This document shows, one piece after another, positions 25,729-35,278 of a stretch of 64,000 nucleotides of DNA. The notes under the pieces were generated by a model. That model was not told where the DNA came from. It did not search any database and worked only from the letters and a program-made list of their open reading frames with translations. The stretch lies in assembly GCA_001773695.1 (NCBI GenBank), contig MEXN01000005.1:67687-131686 (forward strand). Reading direction: 5' to 3'. The DNA is from Candidatus Amesbacteria bacterium RIFCSPLOWO2_01_FULL_48_25. GTDB lineage: Bacteria > Patescibacteriota > Microgenomatia > CAZETR01 > Amesbacteraceae. Made by a program: the position numbers and the translations under genes. Position 1 is the stretch's first letter, and every line of letters starts with the position of its first letter.

Positions 25729-26847
25729 ATGGATATCCCACTGGCGGAGAGATTGAGACCGACAACACTTGATGAATTTGTGGGCCAGGAGCATTTGGTG
25801 GGTAGAGATAAGCCTCTTCGCGTTGCCATTGTACAGAAACATAAATTTAGCTTTATTTTGTGGGGGCCGCCGGGGTCCGGGAAAACGACACTGGCTCGGA
25901 TTTATGCGAAAGCGTTGAAGTTGGAATTGACAGAGATTTCAGCAGTGTCGGCGGGTAAAGACGAGATGCGCCAGGCTGTAAAAATGGGTGGAGTGTTGTT
26001 TGTGGATGAGATTCATCGATTTAATAAGGCTCAACAGGACTATTTATTGCCATATGTCGAGAATGGGACAATTACCTTGATTGGGGCGACGACCGAAAAT
26101 CCCAGCTTTGAGGTAATTAGTCCGTTGTTGTCTCGAGCCAGAGTTTTTGTCTTGAATGAACTGACTGACGAGGAGATGAAACTGATTATTGCCAGGACGG
26201 GAATAAAGATAGCGGTGAAAGAAATGGATTGGTTAGTGAGGATGGCCAATGGGGATGCCAGGCAGGCTATAACTATGATTGAGAATACGCAGGAACTGTA
26301 TAAAAAAATAACTTTAGAGACATTGAAGAATACTTTGCAATCCAAGCATTTGCGGTATGACAAACTGGGAGAGGAGCATTACAACACTATATCGGCATTT
26401 ATTAAATCCATGCGGGCGTCTGATGTGGATGCCGCATTGTACTATTTGGCCAGGATGGTGGATGCGGGCGAGGACCCGCTTTTTATTGCTCGGAGAATGG
26501 TGGTGTTTGCCAGCGAAGATGTGGCGGCACCCACGGCTTTGGTTGTTGCCAATGCTGTGTTTCGGGCGTGTGAGACGGTTGGATATCCTGAGTGCCAGGA
26601 GAATTTGGCGGCGGGGGTGGTGTATTTCTCTAGCGCTAAAAAAGACCGGCGGGCGTACGACGCGTATATGACTGCCCTTTCTGATGTCAAGAAATACGGC
26701 AACTTGCCGATCCCCTTAAAAATTAGAAATGCTCCGACAAAGTTGATGAAAGATTTAGGTTATGGGAAAGGATATGAAAAATATGCAAAAGAGAGTCTAT
26801 TGCCGGATGAATTGAAAGGAAAAGTGTATTTTAAGAAAAATGCCTGA
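25729..26847 (+). CDS. rarA: Replication-associated recombination protein A (AAA+ ATPase RarA/MgsA)
   Basis: LAERLRPTTLDEFVGQEHL, Walker A GPPGSGKTT, Walker B VLFVDEIHRFNKAQQD, and the conserved MgsA C-terminal domain. Start taken at MDIPLAE. Confidence 0.85.
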   Translation: MDIPLAERLRPTTLDEFVGQEHLVGRDKPLRVAIVQKHKFSFILWGPPGSGKTTLARIYAKALKLELTEISAVSAGKDEMRQAVKMGGVLFVDEIHRFNKAQQDYLLPYVENGTITLIGATTENPSFEVISPLLSRARVFVLNELTDEEMKLIIARTGIKIAVKEMDWLVRMANGDARQAITMIENTQELYKKITLETLKNTLQSKHLRYDKLGEEHYNTISAFIKSMRASDVDAALYYLARMVDAGEDPLFIARRMVVFASEDVAAPTALVVANAVFRACETVGYPECQENLAAGVVYFSSAKKDRRAYDAYMTALSDVKKYGNLPIPLKIRNAPTKLMKDLGYGKGYEKYAKESLLPDELKGKVYFKKNA

Positions 26848-26871
26848 GGAGTTAGCTGACCAATTGGGTGA

Positions 26872-27207
26872 TTACTCGTGGGATCTGGTGCAATGTTTTC
26901 TCTGGCCGTGGAATGTGACAAGACGATGAGAGCTTTGTTGATTGGCAAATACTTCAAGAACCGTGGCTGAGAGTGAGGCTAGTTCCGGGTCTTGGATATT
27001 GCGGCGCAAGGTTGCAGCCTCTTTTTGTGGATCGAGAAGAACTCTGGCTAAGGCCAAAAAGGTAATGTTGGGATAGGTTGATTTCAATTCAGCGGCGAGA
27101 TTTTCGAGGTCGGTTAAATTTTTTTTGTGAAGAGGGCAGCGGCTGGGGCAGTTTGCTGGGTAATTTGGTAGGAGGAAATTCCAGATGCAGGGGATTTCGA
27201 TAGCCAT
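26872..27207 (-). CDS. Hypothetical protein
   Basis: 111-aa ORF convergent with rarA. No motif recognised. Confidence 0.4.
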   Translation of the reverse strand: MAIEIPCIWNFLLPNYPANCPSRCPLHKKNLTDLENLAAELKSTYPNITFLALARVLLDPQKEAATLRRNIQDPELASLSATVLEVFANQQSSHRLVTFHGQRKHCTRSHE

Positions 27208-27269
27208 GGGATAGGATTATACATCAGGGTGGTTGACAGAGCTTATGAGGGGGAATTAATATAGTCTGG

Positions 27270-28058
27270 ATGCCTGCCCGGAAGAAAGTTATTAAGAAGG
27301 AGGAGGAAGAATCTAAGCCGGAGGTGAGATTGGAGACGGCGGTTGAGGGAACTCCGGCATCTTCTACTACCGATGAGTATGCGGCTACGTCAGTGACGGA
27401 ATTGGGTAAAGCTAGCGCCGGGTCAGTGCCGGAAGTGGCGCATGCGGTGACGGTGGGTGACTTGGCTCGGGTAACTGAGCCGGAAGCGGTTACGTCAGCG
27501 CCAGCGGTGACAACGGCGACTCCATCAACTACCCAAATGCCGGTGGTTATGCCTGAGGTGGAGATGGCTAGTGCCAAGGGTGGGGGGTGGAACTGGCTGG
27601 GGGTGGTAGTAGCGTTTTTGGGTGGGGCAGCTATTGGAGGATTGGGCGGATACGCGGCGTGGGGGTCGGGACTATTGGCCAAACTTATTAAAGCTCCAGC
27701 AGCGGTAGTGATGACAAAAGGGGGCACAGAGACGGCCCCAACTGCCGCTCCAAGTCCCACTATGGCAACGGTCGCGAGGGAGGATTTGAAAGTTCAGGTA
27801 TTGAACGGGAGTGGTGTACGAGGAGCAGCGGGGGTAGCTGGGGGTTATTTGGAGAGTTTGGGATATAGCATTGCTGATGTGGGCAACGCTCCGGACAGTG
27901 ACTTCGAGGAGACGGTGGTCCGGATTAAGTCCGACAAGAAGACGTATTGGGAAATGTTGAAAGCGGACTTAGGGGGAAAGTACACAGTTGTGGCCCAGGT
28001 GGAGAGCCTTGAAGAGGGCTCACTATATGATGTTGTCGTTATAGTGGGGAAGAAGTGA
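27270..28058 (+). CDS. LytR_C-domain membrane protein
   Basis: Low-complexity N-terminus, one TM helix, and a C-terminal LKVQVLNGSGVRGAAGVAGGYLESLGY...VVRIKSD typical of the LytR C-terminal domain. Confidence 0.55.
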   Translation: MPARKKVIKKEEEESKPEVRLETAVEGTPASSTTDEYAATSVTELGKASAGSVPEVAHAVTVGDLARVTEPEAVTSAPAVTTATPSTTQMPVVMPEVEMASAKGGGWNWLGVVVAFLGGAAIGGLGGYAAWGSGLLAKLIKAPAAVVMTKGGTETAPTAAPSPTMATVAREDLKVQVLNGSGVRGAAGVAGGYLESLGYSIADVGNAPDSDFEETVVRIKSDKKTYWEMLKADLGGKYTVVAQVESLEEGSLYDVVVIVGKK

Positions 28059-28059
28059 G

Positions 28060-29025
28060 CTATTTGAAGAGAGTGAGGGAGGAAATTTGGGCGGTGACGA
28101 AGGCGACGTAAAGAGTGATCAAAACGATGCCTTCAAGATATGAAAGACGGTTTTTGGAATGGGTGAAGACCAAAAAAAGCACTAATGAGAAAACCATAAA
28201 GATGGCGGAGATCTCGATTTGTATTTGGGAATTGACGACGAAAGGGGAGAAAATTGCTAAAAGTGAGATGATGAAGGTGTTGGCGGCGGCGCTGCCTAAA
28301 ATGTCACCGATGACCAGATTGGTATGACGGCCGCGGATGGCGGCGATGGCGACTGAGATTTCGGGAATATTGGTGCCCAGTGACAAAAACAGAGTACCAA
28401 TGACGAGAGGGGGGATGCGGAGGAGGGTGGCCAGGCGGAGGGAGGAAAAAAGGACAGCGCGGGAAGACAAAACTACTCCAATGAGCCCTACCAGAGTGAG
28501 AAATACTGTGTTTAGAAATTTTTGGTTGAGCAAATTTTCGTCGAGAGGCGGAGAATCCGGCGGACGAAGTTTGTAGACGTATAGCAAATAGCCAATATAG
28601 AGCAAGATTAGAAATACACCGTCTAGTCGGGTAAGGCGGGAATCAAGAAGAAGAATAAGGGGGGAGAGAATGAGAACGGCAATATGCAGTATTCGGTCGG
28701 GATGGGCCAGTTCGTCGCGAATAATAGCATTGGGATGAAAGACGGCGGTGCCGCCAGCGATAAGGGACAGAAGAACAATGGTGGCGCCAAAGAGATTGCC
28801 CAGAGAAAGTTGGGGGTTTCCAGAAAGAATGGAATTAACTGCGATTCCGGTTTCGGGGATGGAAGTGGCGATGCCTAAAATAATAAATCCGGTAAGGAAT
28901 TGGGAGAGGCGGAGAAAGACTCCCAGACGGGAGACTGCGGTAACTAGATAGCCTGCAGTTTTGCCTAAAATTATGAGGCCAATTAGACAGGTGAAGAAAT
29001 AAAAGAGCAGGTGGACAGGGACCAT
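28060..29025 (-). CDS. Ca2+/cation antiporter (CaCA family, YrbG-like)
   Basis: Two alpha-repeat motifs, GNLFGATI and GDILGSAAANTF, in a 10-TM protein. Confidence 0.75.
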   Translation of the reverse strand: MVPVHLLFYFFTCLIGLIILGKTAGYLVTAVSRLGVFLRLSQFLTGFIILGIATSIPETGIAVNSILSGNPQLSLGNLFGATIVLLSLIAGGTAVFHPNAIIRDELAHPDRILHIAVLILSPLILLLDSRLTRLDGVFLILLYIGYLLYVYKLRPPDSPPLDENLLNQKFLNTVFLTLVGLIGVVLSSRAVLFSSLRLATLLRIPPLVIGTLFLSLGTNIPEISVAIAAIRGRHTNLVIGDILGSAAANTFIISLLAIFSPFVVNSQIQIEISAIFMVFSLVLFLVFTHSKNRLSYLEGIVLITLYVAFVTAQISSLTLFK

Positions 29026-29044
29026 TTAATATAATGTAACAGAT

Positions 29045-30076
29045 ATGACGGGGTTTTGGAAAAGTTTGTCGCGGCCATTTTGGGCAATGGCGCCAATGGA
29101 AGATGTGACGGATACGGTTTTTAGAAGAATCGTGGCCAGTGTGGGGAAGCCGGATGTGTGTTTTACGGAGTTTACGAATGTAGATGCGATAGTGTATGCA
29201 GTTCGGAATGCGCAAAAGTCTGTCCTCGAACTACCGGTCTCACTGCGTTCGCCGGGATCGCTGCGGGCGGATTTTGCTAGCATTCCTGCACTGCAGAGAT
29301 TGTATTTCTCTGAATCAGAGAGGCCGATTGTGGCTCAGATTTGGGGGACGGATCCTCAAAAGTTTTATGAGGCCTCCAAAATTATAAAAAAACTCGGGTT
29401 TGACGGGATAGACATAAATTTCGGCTGTCCGGTTAGAGACGTGGTCAAAATCGGCGCTTGTTCGGCGATGATAGGAAAAAATTCGCAGGTGGCTGAAATA
29501 ATTGCGGCTGTGAAAGAAGGAAGTAAGTTGCCGGTGAGTATCAAGACCAGGATTGGATTTAAAGCGATAGTTACCGAGGAGTGGATTGGATTTTTGTTGG
29601 GGCAAGGGCTAGCGGCGATTACGGTTCATGGGAGGACGGCAGTCGAGCTCAGCTCGGTGCCGGCGCATTGGGAGGAGATTGGGAAGGCGGTCAGTTTAAG
29701 AGATCAGTCTGAGTCTGAGACTTTGATAGTTGGTAATGGAGATGTGAAGAGTCTGGAGGAGGCAAGAGAGAAGGTTCGTGAATATGGAGTGGATGGGGTG
29801 ATGATAGGAAGGGGGGTTTTGGAGAATCCCGCGATTTTTAATTCTAAACCCGCCTGCCGGTCGGGCAGGTTTTTAATTTTAAATCGAACTCAAAAGTTGA
29901 AATTATTGAATCAGCACTTAAAACTTTGGGAAGAGACGTGGGGGGAACACAAAAATTTTGCGGCGTTTAAAAAATATGTAAAAGTTTATGTCAGGGATTT
30001 TGAGGGAGCGGGGGAATTACGGGCGAGGCTAATGAATGCGGCGAGCTATAGTGATTTGAGGCAGATTCTGGGGTAA
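29045..30076 (+). CDS. dusB: tRNA-dihydrouridine synthase (DusB-like)
   Basis: APMEDVTDTVFRRI at the N-terminus, a TIM-barrel flavin-binding region, and the catalytic Cys region (INFGCP). Contains the in-frame type B hairpin at 29849-29869. Confidence 0.85.
   Translation: MTGFWKSLSRPFWAMAPMEDVTDTVFRRIVASVGKPDVCFTEFTNVDAIVYAVRNAQKSVLELPVSLRSPGSLRADFASIPALQRLYFSESERPIVAQIWGTDPQKFYEASKIIKKLGFDGIDINFGCPVRDVVKIGACSAMIGKNSQVAEIIAAVKEGSKLPVSIKTRIGFKAIVTEEWIGFLLGQGLAAITVHGRTAVELSSVPAHWEEIGKAVSLRDQSESETLIVGNGDVKSLEEAREKVREYGVDGVMIGRGVLENPAIFNSKPACRSGRFLILNRTQKLKLLNQHLKLWEETWGEHKNFAAFKKYVKVYVRDFEGAGELRARLMNAASYSDLRQILG
29849..29869. repeat. Type B hairpin element CCCGCCTGCCGGTCGGGCAGG inside dusB, flanked by 14-bp direct repeats TTTTTAATT(C/T)TAAA (29835-29848 and 29870-29883)
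   Basis: Second copy of the 21-mer found at 11398-11418. Both copies are bracketed by direct repeats, and this one is in-frame (encodes PACRSGR). Confidence 0.8.
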
Positions 30077-30087
30077 AATGGGCTTGG

Positions 30088-30576
30088 ATGTTGCAAAAGA
30101 AAACGGTAGTAAAGGCGGAATCTGCAAGACGGGAGTTTGCCAAGCGATTGATGGCTGTCGTTATTGGGACTTGGGTGTGGGAAATGGGTTTAGAGAAGCA
30201 AGGGAAGAAATGGCAGGAAGCGGGTAGGGTGCTTGATGAAATGTTGGCAGAGGCAAAGAAACGAGGTTATGAGGAATTGGTGGAGAAACGGAGAGGGAAG
30301 TTGGTGCCGGCTGGATGGTTATACGATCAGGTGGAAGAGATGATAGAGGAATTTGAGGACGACATGTTTTGGGAAAGATTGGAGACGGATTTGGCCCATC
30401 GGGATTTGGAGGAAAATCATGGAGAGGACTTGAAGAAAATGGGTGATGAGAAAAAAGCCGACTTGCACGATCGGTATCACGAGAAATGGGCTCAGGAGTT
30501 TGAAAAAAATGGACTGAAAAGGCTGGATATAATAGACAACGTTCCCTCGGTTAGGACGGGAAGAGTGAGGAATTAA
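30088..30576 (+). CDS. Hypothetical acidic protein
   Basis: 162-aa ORF, charged and helical, no motif recognised. Confidence 0.4.
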   Translation: MLQKKTVVKAESARREFAKRLMAVVIGTWVWEMGLEKQGKKWQEAGRVLDEMLAEAKKRGYEELVEKRRGKLVPAGWLYDQVEEMIEEFEDDMFWERLETDLAHRDLEENHGEDLKKMGDEKKADLHDRYHEKWAQEFEKNGLKRLDIIDNVPSVRTGRVRN

Positions 30577-30627
30577 ATATGGGTGATTCTTGCATAGCAG
30601 TAATATTTATTGTATGACTGAGCGAGA

Positions 30628-31755
30628 GTGAAAATGTCGAAGAAGTTGTTTCTGCTGGTACTGATTTTCTCTTTGGCGGTGTTTCTGACAGCTTCGCGTA
30701 GTTCTAAAGCGGAAGTAACGTTGACGAGTTTTGGCTCTTTGGTATTACCGGAGACTTCTGCTTGGGTTAACCTGGGAATTGCAATTTCCGAAGGGGCGGA
30801 AGGGGAGTGGGACAGGTATCTGTGGGGAGGATTTGCAGAGAGTCTGGTTAAAAAGCATGGGGTTTACTATTTGTATTATCAGGGTTCGTCCTCATTTAGC
30901 GATACATGCAACGATAATACGTATAGACAAATCGGGGTAGCGACATCGACGGACGGGATCAATTGGACGAAATATGCCGGTAATCCGGTGATAACTTGGA
31001 CGGATCAGGGAGCAGTGACGGAGGGGGCAGTCAGTTCGGGGGCAGTTTTGGGAGCAGATGGGAATATATACCTCTATTATGGGGCGAATAGCGCTTATGA
31101 TCAGTGTTTGGTGCATGCTGCCGGAAGGCTGGCCCAAAGTAGTGACGGTATTAATTTTACTGACGTAGGTGAGGTTATTCACAATGCGTCTCCGTTGTGG
31201 GGCTTCGGCGATGAGATTTTTCCGGTAGGGGTTTATGAAAACGGAGGCAGTTGGAATGTGTTTTATATTCCAAATGGGGTAAGCAAATATGCGAATAAAA
31301 AGTTGGGTGTTATTACCGGATCGAGCTTGACAGGATTGGACCCAAATCAGAGCAGGGGAGTAAATGGCGGGTTGCCGGCTTGGGGTCCAGTTTCGATTGT
31401 AAGTGATAGTTCGGCGGCTTATGCATTTGTAAATGACCCAGCGACAAATCGTCCCGTGAAGGTTTACTCGTTTGCCCCTGGCTTTCCTTCTAGTATGACT
31501 TTGCGGAAGACATATGTATTCTCTGATTGTATGCAAGCGTCAGTGTTGTATGAACCGGAGATGAGCAGGTGGCTAATGCTGTGCAGAGACGTGCCCGATA
31601 ATGCTTTTTATAGGGTAAAGGTTGCCCCGGTAGTGTTTGCCACTCCCAGTCCGACGGGAGGTCCGGTTCCGACCATAGGTCCCAGCTCAACTTCTTCTCC
31701 AAAATCCACGCCACCATCAAGCTCCCCGACACCCTGGCCTACAGGGACTAAATAG
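30628..31755 (+). CDS. Secreted five-bladed beta-propeller glycoside hydrolase-like protein (GH43/GH32/GH130-type fold)
   Basis: Signal peptide, then repeated blade motifs (GVYYLYYQGS, GVATSTDGINWTKYAGNPVI, GNIYLYYGAN), and a Ser/Pro/Thr-rich C-terminal tail. Confidence 0.5.
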   Translation: MKMSKKLFLLVLIFSLAVFLTASRSSKAEVTLTSFGSLVLPETSAWVNLGIAISEGAEGEWDRYLWGGFAESLVKKHGVYYLYYQGSSSFSDTCNDNTYRQIGVATSTDGINWTKYAGNPVITWTDQGAVTEGAVSSGAVLGADGNIYLYYGANSAYDQCLVHAAGRLAQSSDGINFTDVGEVIHNASPLWGFGDEIFPVGVYENGGSWNVFYIPNGVSKYANKKLGVITGSSLTGLDPNQSRGVNGGLPAWGPVSIVSDSSAAYAFVNDPATNRPVKVYSFAPGFPSSMTLRKTYVFSDCMQASVLYEPEMSRWLMLCRDVPDNAFYRVKVAPVVFATPSPTGGPVPTIGPSSTSSPKSTPPSSSPTPWPTGTK

Positions 31756-32037
31756 AACAACATGACTTTTAGGCTCGAATCCGAGTGGTGGTGGCGGAAT
31801 GATAAAATTGGTGAATGACATTAAAAAAGACTTGGGTAGTGGTTTTCTGTGGTAGGGAGGGTTTTTGCCCAAAAGGTGGGATATGAACCTATCGGTAGGG
31901 ATCGAGATTGCGCCATCCCAACGTTCTTCCGGAGCTGAGAAAGATAAGAATTATTACCCAAGGGGATGAATTTGGGAGAATAGTTAGTTCGATAACTCCC
32001 AGTATAAAAATGAGTTATTTGCAAACCGAAAATATTA

Positions 32038-32682
32038 TTGTATAAATCGAGCATGAGATTGGAATCAGTATTAATGCACGATGCTATTGGCGAGAAAGAT
32101 TTGGCAGTAGTTCCGCGTCAAAACCTCTTCAGCGGGGAATATTGGAGCGGAGTTCGAGAGATGGGAGAAGAAGAGCTGTTCCAATTATTGAGTCGGCAAA
32201 TGGTTTTTAAAGAAAGAACAGAGGAGCTGGAAAAGGACGAAAGTTTAAAACAAGTAATACCTTATTTCTTGGTTCGGAGAGATGATCAATATTTAACTGC
32301 CAGGAGAAAAAACACTCAAGGAGAAAAAAGGTTGCATGGTGGTAGATTAATTGGATTCGGTGGGCATCTAAGAGCAGGCGATATCAAAGGAAGGATGAAA
32401 GACTGGTTGGAAAGAGAGTTTGATGAGGAGATTGAAGCCGAAAAGGTTTTAGGAATTTCTTTTTTCGGTGTTGTGAATCATGACGGGCCGGAAGACAATG
32501 GGGTGCACAAAGTTCACTTTGGGCTAATTTTTGAAATTCAGGTTGAAGATGAGGCAAAGATTAGGGAAGAAGACAAGTTTCAAGAAGAGGAATTCTTGCC
32601 AATTGAGTCTTTAATTTGGAAGAGAGAGGAAATGGAGTTGTGGAGCAGGCTTGTTTTGGACTTCATTGCCCAGGGAAAATGA
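32038..32682 (+). CDS. Putative Nudix-like hydrolase
   Basis: A degenerate Nudix-box-like stretch (GGHLRAGD...LEREFDEEIEAE). The assignment is weak. Confidence 0.3.
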   Translation: MYKSSMRLESVLMHDAIGEKDLAVVPRQNLFSGEYWSGVREMGEEELFQLLSRQMVFKERTEELEKDESLKQVIPYFLVRRDDQYLTARRKNTQGEKRLHGGRLIGFGGHLRAGDIKGRMKDWLEREFDEEIEAEKVLGISFFGVVNHDGPEDNGVHKVHFGLIFEIQVEDEAKIREEDKFQEEEFLPIESLIWKREEMELWSRLVLDFIAQGK

Positions 32683-32694
32683 TAAAATTGAGCC

Positions 32695-33324
32695 ATGAAG
32701 ACAAACGCTTTCATTGACGCTTCGAATCTCTTTTATGGGGGCGAGAAGAGTTTGGGATGGAAAATTGATTACGCGAAGCTGATAAAGTATTTGAAGAGTA
32801 AATATGGAGTTTCCGAGGTCTATTATTTTGGCGGTGTAGAAATACATGGATATCAGTACGATTATCTTAAAAATGACTGTGTGCCGGTGGACGAGTTGGA
32901 AAGTAAATTATTAGAGTACATTAAGAAAGAGAAGAAGAATCTTGATGAGGCTAAGCTCTTTTTATTGTCTAAGCACTTGGGGCGGATACGCTTTTATCTA
33001 AAATTGAAACAATTTGGATATACATTATTCTTGAAACCAGTGAAACTATATCATCAGGAAGATGGCAGCACTCAAAGAAAAGCTAACTGTGATGTAGAAA
33101 TGGCTTTCTATCTAATGAAAGAGAAAGACAATTTCGATCGAGTCTTGGTATTGTCCGGAGATGGAGACTTCTTGCCGGTTCTTAAACACCTTAGGGAGAT
33201 TGGAAAGGAAGTTATCATATTAGCTAGAGGAGAGAGGACAGCGAGGGAAATTCGTCAATTTGCTGGAGACAAGTTTAGAGATTTCGTGAAGCTTGAGCGG
33301 GAAATCAAATATGAAGGTAAGTAG
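32695..33324 (+). CDS. NYN-domain (LabA-like) protein
   Basis: FIDASNLFY at the N-terminus, CDVEMAF and LSGDGDF match the conserved NYN/LabA acidic residues. Confidence 0.7.
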   Translation: MKTNAFIDASNLFYGGEKSLGWKIDYAKLIKYLKSKYGVSEVYYFGGVEIHGYQYDYLKNDCVPVDELESKLLEYIKKEKKNLDEAKLFLLSKHLGRIRFYLKLKQFGYTLFLKPVKLYHQEDGSTQRKANCDVEMAFYLMKEKDNFDRVLVLSGDGDFLPVLKHLREIGKEVIILARGERTAREIRQFAGDKFRDFVKLEREIKYEGK

Positions 33325-33333
33325 ACAAAAAAA

Positions 33334-33360
33334 GAAGCGGACATACGAGATATCCGCTTC
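33334..33360 (+). terminator. Hairpin GAAGCGGA-11nt-TCCGCTTC downstream of the NYN gene, flanked by an A-run upstream and an AUGUUUAGU tail
   Basis: 8-bp perfect stem 10 nt after the stop. The weak U-tail makes intrinsic termination plausible but unproven. Confidence 0.4.
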
Positions 33361-33411
33361 ATGTTTAGTAAGTTCATTATATACATATGTTGATTTTTGT
33401 CAATATTTACT

Positions 33412-34317
33412 ATGGGTCTAGAAATTGGGATTATTGGCCTGCCGAATGTGGGAAAGTCCACATTGTTTAATGCACTTTTGAGGAAACAGCAGGCGTATGT
33501 GGCTAATTACCCGTTTGCGACGATTGAGCCAAATATTGGAATAGTGCCCGTGCCGGATGAGAGATTGCAGAAACTAGCGGATGTGGCACACACGGAAAAG
33601 ATCGTCCCGGCGACGGTGAAATTTGTGGATATTGCCGGGTTGGTGAAGGGGGCGAGCCAAGGAGAGGGGTTGGGGAATAAATTTTTATCACATATCCGGG
33701 AAGTAGACGCGATAGTTTATGTACTAAGGGATTTTACGGATGAGAATGTGATCCGGGCGGGATCGGTCAGCCCGCAAAGTGATTATGAGACACTACGGAC
33801 GGAGTTGCAATTGGCAGACTTGGAGACGATAGAAAAAAGAAAAGCTAAAAAAGGTGAAATTCAAGAGGCGCTGGCATTATTGGCTGAGAAGCCGGAGATA
33901 AAAGTATTGAATGTCGATGAGGACAAGATCGCGCCCAGGGAGGAATACATTGTTTTGAGTGCCAAATTGGAAAGTGAACTGGGGGATGAGATAAAAGATT
34001 TGGGGATTTCAGAATCGGGTTTGGAAAAGTTGATTAAAAGATCATATGAGATTTTGGGATTGCAGAGTTTTTTGACGGCCGGCGAGAAAGAGGTGCGGGC
34101 GTGGACTATTAAAAGGGGGATTAAAGCGCCACAGGCCGCAGGAGTAATCCACACCGATTTTGAAAAGCATTTTATAAAAGCTGATGTTATTTATTGGGAG
34201 GATTTTGTAAAGCTGGGGGGGTGGCAGAAGGCGAGAGAAGCGGGCAAAGTGCGGCTAGAAGGACGGGATTATGTGATGCAGGAAGGGGACGTAGTGGAGT
34301 TTAAAGTGGGGGTTTAA
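33412..34317 (+). CDS. ychF: Ribosome-binding ATPase YchF (Obg-family GTPase, short form)
   Basis: GIIGLPNVGKSTLFNAL (G1), DIAGLVKGAS (G3), and a C-terminal TGS-like domain. ATG at 33412 preferred over the upstream TTG. Confidence 0.85.
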   Translation: MGLEIGIIGLPNVGKSTLFNALLRKQQAYVANYPFATIEPNIGIVPVPDERLQKLADVAHTEKIVPATVKFVDIAGLVKGASQGEGLGNKFLSHIREVDAIVYVLRDFTDENVIRAGSVSPQSDYETLRTELQLADLETIEKRKAKKGEIQEALALLAEKPEIKVLNVDEDKIAPREEYIVLSAKLESELGDEIKDLGISESGLEKLIKRSYEILGLQSFLTAGEKEVRAWTIKRGIKAPQAAGVIHTDFEKHFIKADVIYWEDFVKLGGWQKAREAGKVRLEGRDYVMQEGDVVEFKVGV

Positions 34318-34703
34318 GTGGGTGGTTGGGTTGCTTCTTGAAGAAATTTTGATTTTATTTCCCCAGCCATTTGATTAAGTTCGGCTGGTGTGTAGGGTCC
34401 TTTATCACTGGCATTAAGGGCCTCAGTAATTAGAGCTTGGATTTGCGCGGCTGTGGAGTCAACGTATGTATGAGACATTTTAATATTGAGATGCCGGTCC
34501 GCCATGATAGCTTTGTATGTGGCCAAGAATAAGTATCCAGGTGCTTGTTTCCAGATTTCTTCGGGGTTGGTTACACCAGGAGTGTTTTTTACAAGATATG
34601 GTTTGAGAATTGTGGATTCAGCTTTGGTATAATCCCGGGTTGGGTTGTCTGGTTGCCCGATGGGACGACCAAGCTTGAAACTATAATTTTTTTCGTCTCC
34701 CAT
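34314..34703 (-). CDS. Hypothetical protein
   Basis: 129-aa ORF convergent with ychF. Confidence 0.4.
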   Translation of the reverse strand: MGDEKNYSFKLGRPIGQPDNPTRDYTKAESTILKPYLVKNTPGVTNPEEIWKQAPGYLFLATYKAIMADRHLNIKMSHTYVDSTAAQIQALITEALNASDKGPYTPAELNQMAGEIKSKFLQEATQPPT

Positions 34704-35009
34704 ACACTTTTAATTATAGCGTTTATATGGAGTTTTTGCTATACTTGGGAGATGTTTGAGATTCCCGATGAGACTGCTCGAGAGTATGATAAGTTAGTGA
34801 AGTGGCTTGAAATAAAAAGTGAATCACTGGCTTTGTATGGGTTTGGTATGATTTTGAGCGTGGCTGAGATGGCTGGTAATTTGCTGGGTAGAGTTGTAGG
34901 ACGAACTGGAAGGACGGGTGATGAGAAGTAGTGGGCGTATTCGGAGCAGGCTCAGGTGGAGAAGCCATCATAAAGTGGAATTGAGCTGGATTTTATTGTA
35001 AAATGCATC

Positions 35010-35276
35010 GTGATGAAAAAGTATGAATTGACGATTTTGGCCACGGATTTGGCCGGGTTGGTCGAGAAAATCGAAAAACTAGTTAAAGTTCTTAAGGGAG
35101 GGGTCGAAAAAGTGACGGAGATGGGGAAGAAACCACTGGCGTTTACGATTAAGAAAGCCGGCGAAGCCCATTATTTATCACTGGATGTTGAACTGCCGGG
35201 TGAGTCGGTGGTACAATTGAGAAAGAAGTTATCGGTGGATAAGGTAATCTTGAGATATTTGTTGGTGAAAAAATAG
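35010..35276 (+). CDS. rpsF: 30S ribosomal protein S6
   Basis: MMKKYELTIL...VILRYLLVKK shows the S6 fold pattern. First gene of the rpsF-ssb-rpsR string. Confidence 0.8.
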   Translation: MMKKYELTILATDLAGLVEKIEKLVKVLKGGVEKVTEMGKKPLAFTIKKAGEAHYLSLDVELPGESVVQLRKKLSVDKVILRYLLVKK

Positions 35277-35278
35277 AA

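Noticed and set aside
30892-31536. 214-aa minus-strand ORF inside the glycoside-hydrolase-like gene
   Set aside because: Antisense to an ORF with signal peptide and blade repeats. Arg/Cys/Ile-rich, unlikely sequence.
31788-31806. tRNA-like T-arm GGCTCGAATCCGAG
   Set aside because: Only a 4-bp stem with an AATC loop. There is no acceptor stem or anticodon arm in the flanks on either strand.
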